Source: an uncultured Pelagibacteraceae bacterium (GTDB lineage: Bacteria; Pseudomonadota; Alphaproteobacteria; Pelagibacterales; Pelagibacteraceae). From it: a stretch of 64,000 nucleotides of DNA. Of this stretch, positions 58,560 to 64,000 are shown in pieces. The stretch spans positions 3,525 through 67,524 of the forward strand of contig CACFVG010000003.1 of the NCBI GenBank assembly GCA_902569725.1, in the 5' to 3' direction. The first letter of the stretch is position 1. Each line of letters opens with the position of its first letter. The position numbers and the translations under genes are program-made. The notes beneath the pieces are model-generated. The model was not told where the DNA came from and searched no databases. It saw nothing but the letters and a program-made list of their open reading frames with translations.

Positions 58560-59329
58560 TAAGAATATTTTTTTGTGGGATACTTTTTACTTATCACTTC
58601 TTTTTTAAATTTATATACAGCTTCACTAATATTTTTTTTTATGTTGCCAAATTTTTTAACAAATTTTATTTTTGTTTCATTTAAACCAATTAAATCATCG
58701 GTAACCAAAACCTGTCCATCACAATATTGGGATGAACCAATACCAATTGTTGGAATTTTTAATGTATTAGTAATCTCTTTTGAAAGTGTTTTTTCTACAC
58801 ATTCTAGAACAATAGAAAATACTCCCTTTTTTTGTAGTAGCTTAGCATCATTTAAAATTTTTATTCTTTCTATCTTTTTTTTACCTTTGGCTTTAAATTT
58901 GCCTTTTACTTTTTGAGGCAAAATTCCTAAATGTCCCATAACATTAATTTTATTTTTAACTAAATGCTCTACTATTTTTGAAATTGAAGAACCACCTTCA
59001 AGTTTCACTGCATCACATTTGGTTTTTTTAATTATTTTTTTTGCATTTCTAAGAGCTTCACTTTTATTTTTGTAAGTCATATATGGCATATCTACTACCA
59101 TAACACTTTTTTTAATTCCTTGGCGTACGCTTTTAGAATGTTCAATCATTGTGTGAAGTTTAACATTTCGAGTAGTATTATAATTGTAAAGAACTGATCC
59201 CAGAGAATCTCCTACTAAAATAATGTCTGTAAATGGATCAATAGCTTCAGCAATATTTTTTGAATAGGCTGTAAGACAAATAATTTTAGATTTATTTTTT
59301 TTATTAATTATTTTTTTTATTTTAATCAC
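58556..59329 (-). CDS. panB: 3-methyl-2-oxobutanoate hydroxymethyltransferase
   Basis: LTAY, ILVGDSLG, DMP, VKLEGG, GHLG..PQ, IPTIGIG, DGQVLV.DD; GTG 59329 chosen as start. Confidence 0.95.
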   Translation of the reverse strand: MIKIKKIINKKNKSKIICLTAYSKNIAEAIDPFTDIILVGDSLGSVLYNYNTTRNVKLHTMIEHSKSVRQGIKKSVMVVDMPYMTYKNKSEALRNAKKIIKKTKCDAVKLEGGSSISKIVEHLVKNKINVMGHLGILPQKVKGKFKAKGKKKIERIKILNDAKLLQKKGVFSIVLECVEKTLSKEITNTLKIPTIGIGSSQYCDGQVLVTDDLIGLNETKIKFVKKFGNIKKNISEAVYKFKKEVISKKYPTKKYSY

Positions 59330-59330
59330 A

Positions 59331-59762
59331 TCAAGATTTATTTTTTGCTTCAATGTCATTAAGTCTTTCGTCAATTGAACTAATTTTATCACATAATAAT
59401 GAGCAAATTATTTTAAAATTTTTTTTTAGTTCTTTTACTTTTGAAAAATTTGATCTATTTAATTCTATATCAATTAATAAGTAAGTTGCTTCCTCGTTAT
59501 CAGGCTCTAACAATAAGGTTGTATTTAAATTTTTTACTTCCTCAAATTCATTTTCTTCTATTTTGTATATTTTAGCTAAATAAAGATAGGATTCTGAATG
59601 TTTTGGATTAAAAACAATATTTCTTTGAAATAAAAATTTTGCATCATTATATTTTTCCTTTTCAAATAAAATTTTTGCATTATTAAAATAATTTTCACTA
59701 GCACTTGAAAAGGTGGTTGATATAAAAAAGAAAACAATTATCGATTTAAGTATTAATTTCAT
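59331..59762 (-). CDS. Exported tetratricopeptide-repeat protein
   Basis: Signal peptide, A..LF....Y..A, P....YLYLAKIY, EP.N. Confidence 0.75.
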   Translation of the reverse strand: MKLILKSIIVFFFISTTFSSASENYFNNAKILFEKEKYNDAKFLFQRNIVFNPKHSESYLYLAKIYKIEENEFEEVKNLNTTLLLEPDNEEATYLLIDIELNRSNFSKVKELKKNFKIICSLLCDKISSIDERLNDIEAKNKS

Positions 59763-59783
59763 ATTATTATTTCTTAACATGTT

Positions 59784-60395
59784 TTATCTTAAATATTTAC
59801 AAATTATAAAGCTTTCTTTTGATTCTTTTCTGCTAGCTAAAGGCTTAAAAACTTTACTTTCTTTAAATATTTTTTTTGCTTCACTCATTATTTCATTAAA
59901 AGTAGATCCCATAAATATTTTAGAAATAAATTTTCCATCATTTTTTAGTGTTTTTTTTGAAAAATTCATAGCCTCCATGCACAATTCACCTGTATGAATT
60001 GAGTCTAAATTTTTATTACCTGTAGTATTTACTGCCATATCAGAAAGTACAATATCTACTTTTGTGTCAAAGTAGCCTATGATTTTTTCTTTATATCTGT
60101 CTTCAGTAAAATCACCTTTGATTTGGTAAATATTTTCGATTTTTTCAAAATCTATAAGATCTATTGAAACAATTTTTCCACTTTTGTTATTTTTTAAAGC
60201 ATATTGTGACCAACTACCTGGTGCTGCACCAAGATCTACAATGGACAATCCATTCTTAAAAATATTAAACTTTTTATCAATTTCTTGAAGTTTATAAACT
60301 GCTCTAGACCTGTAACCCTCTAATTTTGAACGCCTTACATAAACATCTCTTCTTTGTTTGTTTATCCAATTTTTAGAAATTTTATTTTTTTTCAA
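59784..60395 (-). CDS. rlmE: 23S rRNA 2'-O-methyltransferase RlmE (FtsJ)
   Basis: YRSRAVYKL, DLGAAPGSWSQ, SDMA, KP.ASR..S.E. Confidence 0.95.
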   Translation of the reverse strand: MKKNKISKNWINKQRRDVYVRRSKLEGYRSRAVYKLQEIDKKFNIFKNGLSIVDLGAAPGSWSQYALKNNKSGKIVSIDLIDFEKIENIYQIKGDFTEDRYKEKIIGYFDTKVDIVLSDMAVNTTGNKNLDSIHTGELCMEAMNFSKKTLKNDGKFISKIFMGSTFNEIMSEAKKIFKESKVFKPLASRKESKESFIICKYLR

Positions 60396-61307
60396 CTAAT
60401 TATTGTACCTAAGACTTTTTAAGATAGCTTTATTTGTTAAAGTTTTAATTTCAATTTCAACACTTTTTTCAACTCTCATATCCTTATTATTTTTCCATAA
60501 ACCTGCAGCCAAATGCATAATTCCAATTTTATAATTTGGCAGATATGGTTCAACAAATGTATTATTCTGTTCATCATATTTTGGTAATAAATTGCTTGCT
60601 ATCCAATTACAATTTATAGGAAGAAATTCTGTTTGTACTTCATCAAGATAAACACTCATATTAATTGCCAATCCTTCAGAACCAAAAATTTTTCCTGAAC
60701 TTAAAGTTGTTTTTAAATTTTCTTGCCAACTTTTCCAACAGGGTGAATTTTCTTCTAATGAAAAAACTCCTATATTTATATGTGGTGCAAATGCAAGTTT
60801 TCTTGCATTCTCTAGCCCAATTTTTGAGCTTAAAGCATGTTTAAAATTTTGAGATTTAATTATTGCGAATTTGCCAAACAGCCATTTCACTTTTGACATA
60901 ATTTTATAACCAGGAGCCATTGTTTGAGTTATACCAAGCTTTCCATCTTCACATGCTTTAAAGTACAATTCTACTGAAGACCAATCATTTACCCACGCAT
61001 CACAATCGATCCATAAATATTTATCATATCCTGGAAAATATTTTGGCAAAAAAGCCCTAGAAACTTGACTCTTTAACCATTCTTTGCCTCCTACTTTATA
61101 GCCTGGAACTTCTATGTCCCAGTCAGCTTTTTTAATTTCTTTCACTTTTGATAATAGATTTTTTTTTTGATCATCAGTTAAACCTGCATCAAGTATACAA
61201 ATATCTAAATTTTTACTTTCTTCAAAACGTAAAATTGAATCTACTAGTTCATCTAATAATGGAAAATAATTTGAGTCTGCTAAAGAAATTATTGTATTTT
61301 TAGCCAT
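60396..61307 (-). CDS. Glycosyltransferase, family 8-like
   Basis: AD..Y, R...P...P.YDK.LWIDCD (DxD), N.GV, CNW, IMH..G. Confidence 0.75.
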   Translation of the reverse strand: MAKNTIISLADSNYFPLLDELVDSILRFEESKNLDICILDAGLTDDQKKNLLSKVKEIKKADWDIEVPGYKVGGKEWLKSQVSRAFLPKYFPGYDKYLWIDCDAWVNDWSSVELYFKACEDGKLGITQTMAPGYKIMSKVKWLFGKFAIIKSQNFKHALSSKIGLENARKLAFAPHINIGVFSLEENSPCWKSWQENLKTTLSSGKIFGSEGLAINMSVYLDEVQTEFLPINCNWIASNLLPKYDEQNNTFVEPYLPNYKIGIMHLAAGLWKNNKDMRVEKSVEIEIKTLTNKAILKSLRYNN

Positions 61308-62105
61308 CTATAAAATATCTTCGTGTTCTTCATTAACTTCCTCTTGTGATTTAAATTTTTTATTTAAATTGTTAAAATGAATTAAACTTACAGGCATCAT
61401 TATAAAATATAATAATCCTGAAATAACTATTGCGTTAAAAGTATAAATTAATATTAGTCCAAAATACAATATTACTCCAAATAATAAAAAAATAGTCAAA
61501 TTTCTTCGAACAGTAATTTTTTTAAGCGCATATGTTGGTATTTTGCTAATCAGCGCTATCGAAACTATTGCAAACAATAATGGTACTATAATTTCATAAT
61601 TAAAGCTAAAAATTTGTATATCACTTAAACTATAAATTAAAGGCATTAAAACTAAAACTCCTCCAGCAGGCGAAGGAATTCCTTCAAAAAAATTATCTCT
61701 CCATGATGGTTCTTTTCCAGAATTAATATTAAATCTTGCCAATCTTAAAGCAACACAAACAACATAAATTAAACAAATTAACCAACCAATTCTTCCAAGC
61801 TCATTTAATTTCCAAAAATACATTATAAATGCAGGTGCAACTCCAAAGCTAATTACATCTGTTAGTGAGTCTAATTCTTTTCCAACTTTTGATGTTCCTT
61901 GTATAAGTCTCGCAATTCTACCATCCAGTCCATCTATAATTGCAGCAACTATTATTGCGATGACTGATAGAGTGAATTTTTCATCAAAAGCAAATTTAAT
62001 TGAGCTTAGACCAATACACACTCCAACTAGAGTAAACATATTTGGTAAAATTACTCTTGTCTTTTTATTGCTTACTAGTTTAAAATTTTTATTTTGCTGT
62101 TCCAT
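61308..62105 (-). CDS. pssA: CDP-diacylglycerol--serine O-phosphatidyltransferase
   Basis: PN.FT, DGLDG..AR....S..G.ELDSL.D..SFGVAP, RLARFN, F.G.PSP. Confidence 0.93.
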   Translation of the reverse strand: MEQQNKNFKLVSNKKTRVILPNMFTLVGVCIGLSSIKFAFDEKFTLSVIAIIVAAIIDGLDGRIARLIQGTSKVGKELDSLTDVISFGVAPAFIMYFWKLNELGRIGWLICLIYVVCVALRLARFNINSGKEPSWRDNFFEGIPSPAGGVLVLMPLIYSLSDIQIFSFNYEIIVPLLFAIVSIALISKIPTYALKKITVRRNLTIFLLFGVILYFGLILIYTFNAIVISGLLYFIMMPVSLIHFNNLNKKFKSQEEVNEEHEDIL

Positions 62106-62108
62106 TTA

Positions 62109-62756
62109 TTATTTTTTTGCTATTAAAGTTTCTCCTGCAATAGTTTTTTGATTAACTTTTGTTAGTGGTTTATAATTTTCAAAATAAACATCAACTCTAC
62201 TACCAAATCTTATCATTCCAATTCTTTCTCCTTGTTTAAGCTCTTGTCCTTCGTGAGATTCGTTTACAATTCTTCTGGCAATCAACCCTGCAATTTGAAC
62301 TATAATAATATCTTCACCAGAGCTATTTTGAACTTTGTAGTAATTTCTTTCATTTTCTTCGCTTGCTTTATCAAGAGAAGCATTAAAAAATTTTCCAGGT
62401 TTATAAACAATTTGTGAAATTTTTCCTGCGCATGGAGTTCTGTTTACATGGCAATCAAAAACATTCATAAAAATACTTATCTTGGTAAATTTTTTATTTT
62501 CAAGTTCAAGTTCTTTTGGTCCGTTTGTTTCTAGCACTTGTAACACCAGCCCATCTGCTGGGCTTGTTAGGTAATTGTCGTCATCAATTGAAATCCTATC
62601 GGGGTCTCTAAAAAAATAATAAACCCAAATTGACAATACAAAACCTACAAAACCTAAAAATCCGTGGATAAAATATAAGACTATAGTTGCGGCTACGAAT
62701 ATAACTAAAAATTTATATCCTTCTGTGTGTATTTTTGGAAAAATTTTATCTAGCAT
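62109..62756 (-). CDS. psd: Phosphatidylserine decarboxylase
   Basis: FFRDPDR, SPADG, IFM..FD.HVNR.P, NER, FGSR self-cleavage motif. Confidence 0.95.
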   Translation of the reverse strand: MLDKIFPKIHTEGYKFLVIFVAATIVLYFIHGFLGFVGFVLSIWVYYFFRDPDRISIDDDNYLTSPADGLVLQVLETNGPKELELENKKFTKISIFMNVFDCHVNRTPCAGKISQIVYKPGKFFNASLDKASEENERNYYKVQNSSGEDIIIVQIAGLIARRIVNESHEGQELKQGERIGMIRFGSRVDVYFENYKPLTKVNQKTIAGETLIAKK

Positions 62757-62832
62757 ATTTATTTCTTTTGATAATTTTTAGGTTAATATGTATATAAAAA
62801 CTCGAAATTCAATTACTTAGATACATCTAAAT

Positions 62833-64000
62833 ATGAGCAAAATTAAGGTAAAAAACCCAATTGTTGAACTTGATGGTGATGAAATGACTAGAGTCATATG
62901 GGAGTTCATCAAAAAAAAATTAATTCTCCAATATTTAGATTTAGGAATTGAATATTATGATTTGGGAATGAAAAGCAGAGATGCCACTAATGACCAAATT
63001 ACAATAGATTGTGCAAAAGCTATTAAAAAAAATGGTGTAGGAATCAAATGTGCAACTATCACTCCTGATGAGGCAAGAGTAAAAGAATTTAATTTAAAAA
63101 AAATGTGGAGATCACCCAATGGTACAATAAGAAATATTTTAGGAGGAACAGTTTTTAGAGAACCTATAATCTGCAAAAACATTCCTAAATTAGTTCCGAG
63201 TTGGACTAATCCAATTTGTATAGGTAGGCACGCATTTGGAGATCAATATAGAGCAACAGATTTTAAAGTTCCTGGCAAAGGAAAACTAGAAATAAAGTGG
63301 ACTTCAGAAGATGGAAGTGAAAAAAAAGAATTCGAAGTATTTAATTTTCCAGGTTCTGGTGTTGCACTGTCAATGTACAACCTGGATCAATCAATAAAAG
63401 ATTTTGCGAGAGCATGCATGAATTATGGTCTTAATAGAAAATGGCCAGTTTATCTTTCAACAAAAAATACAATATTAAAAAATTACGATGGTAGGTTTAA
63501 AGATTTATTCCAGGAAGTTTTCGATAAAGAATTTAAAGAAAAATTTAAAGAAAGAGAAATAACTTATGAACATAGACTTATAGATGACATGGTAGCGTGT
63601 GCTATGAAATGGAATGGAAACTATATCTGGGCATGTAAAAACTATGATGGTGATGTACAATCTGATACGGTTGCTCAAGGATTTGGGTCTTTGGGTCTTA
63701 TGAGCAGTGTTTTAATGACACCTGATGGAAATACTATAGAAGCTGAAGCTGCACACGGAACTGTTACTAGACATTATAGGCTACACCAGCAAGGAAAAGA
63801 AACTTCAACAAATCCAATAGCATCTATATTTGCATGGGCAAGAGGTCTTTATCACAGAGGAAAAATGGATAATAACGAAGAACTTAAAAAGTTCGTAAAA
63901 ACTTTAGAAAAAGTTTGTATTGAAACAGTTGAAAGTGGCTTAATGACAAAAGATTTAGCAATTCTGGTTGGACCTTCAAGCAAATATCTTACAACAAATC
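62833..64000 (+). CDS. icd: NADP-dependent isocitrate dehydrogenase (runs off window end)
   Basis: Manual translation from ATG 62833: [63 protein letters not shown]. Confidence 0.96.
   Translation, partial: MSKIKVKNPIVELDGDEMTRVIWEFIKKKLILQYLDLGIEYYDLGMKSRDATNDQITIDCAKAIKKNGVGIKCATITPDEARVKEFNLKKMWRSPNGTIRNILGGTVFREPIICKNIPKLVPSWTNPICIGRHAFGDQYRATDFKVPGKGKLEIKWTSEDGSEKKEFEVFNFPGSGVALSMYNLDQSIKDFARACMNYGLNRKWPVYLSTKNTILKNYDGRFKDLFQEVFDKEFKEKFKEREITYEHRLIDDMVACAMKWNGNYIWACKNYDGDVQSDTVAQGFGSLGLMSSVLMTPDGNTIEAEAAHGTVTRHYRLHQQGKETSTNPIASIFAWARGLYHRGKMDNNEELKKFVKTLEKVCIETVESGLMTKDLAILVGPSSKYLTTN

Noticed and set aside
789-63182. Short antisense or alternative-frame ORFs in the supplied track (e.g. 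25777-26295, 19841-20215, 32159-32551, 47141-47497, 62955-63182)
   Set aside because: All lie within confidently identified genes, show shadow-frame composition (S/L/I/F-rich) and have no recognisable motifs.
1-64000. tRNA, rRNA, riboswitches, prophage, integrase or defence genes
   Set aside because: No gap is large or GC-structured enough once the 51531-51707 ORF is counted, and no ORF shows such motifs. A covariance-model scan could still find small RNAs overlapping genes.

Overview
Very AT-rich, extremely compact alphaproteobacterial chromosome segment with almost no intergenic DNA; gene content, order and streamlining point to SAR11 (Pelagibacterales), which is an inference from the sequence. 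About 60 CDS. Left half is housekeeping: mrcA (partial), rne, thiSG, aroQ-accBC, aspS, hda, purMN, ndk, pepA, lptFGD-surA-pdxA-rsmA, gmk, fabDG-acpP, rpsF-rpsR-rplI-dnaB, cvpA-purF. Right half is a metabolic block: HD-domain diiron protein with EamA/MFS transporters and a glycine-amidinotransferase homologue; Moco genes and an NAD-linked formate dehydrogenase operon with IscU/SufU-like and HPP genes plus selO; a FOXRED1-like flavoprotein; a ufaD-ufaO-ufaM-like (furan fatty acid type) lipid cluster; pxpABC with a TRAP transporter; psd-pssA-GT8-rlmE-panB; icd (partial). I saw no rRNA, tRNA, CRISPR array or mobile element. Best leads: the amidinotransferase/HD-oxygenase/transporter cluster, the furan-fatty-acid-like operon with a sigmaE(ChrR)-like promoter, rearranged Fe-S ligands and unusual accessory genes in the FDH operon, RNase E lacking its Zn-link, an orphan NrdJ C-terminal domain, and a recent 93-bp duplication in lptD. 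All family calls are motif recognition by eye; no searches were run.
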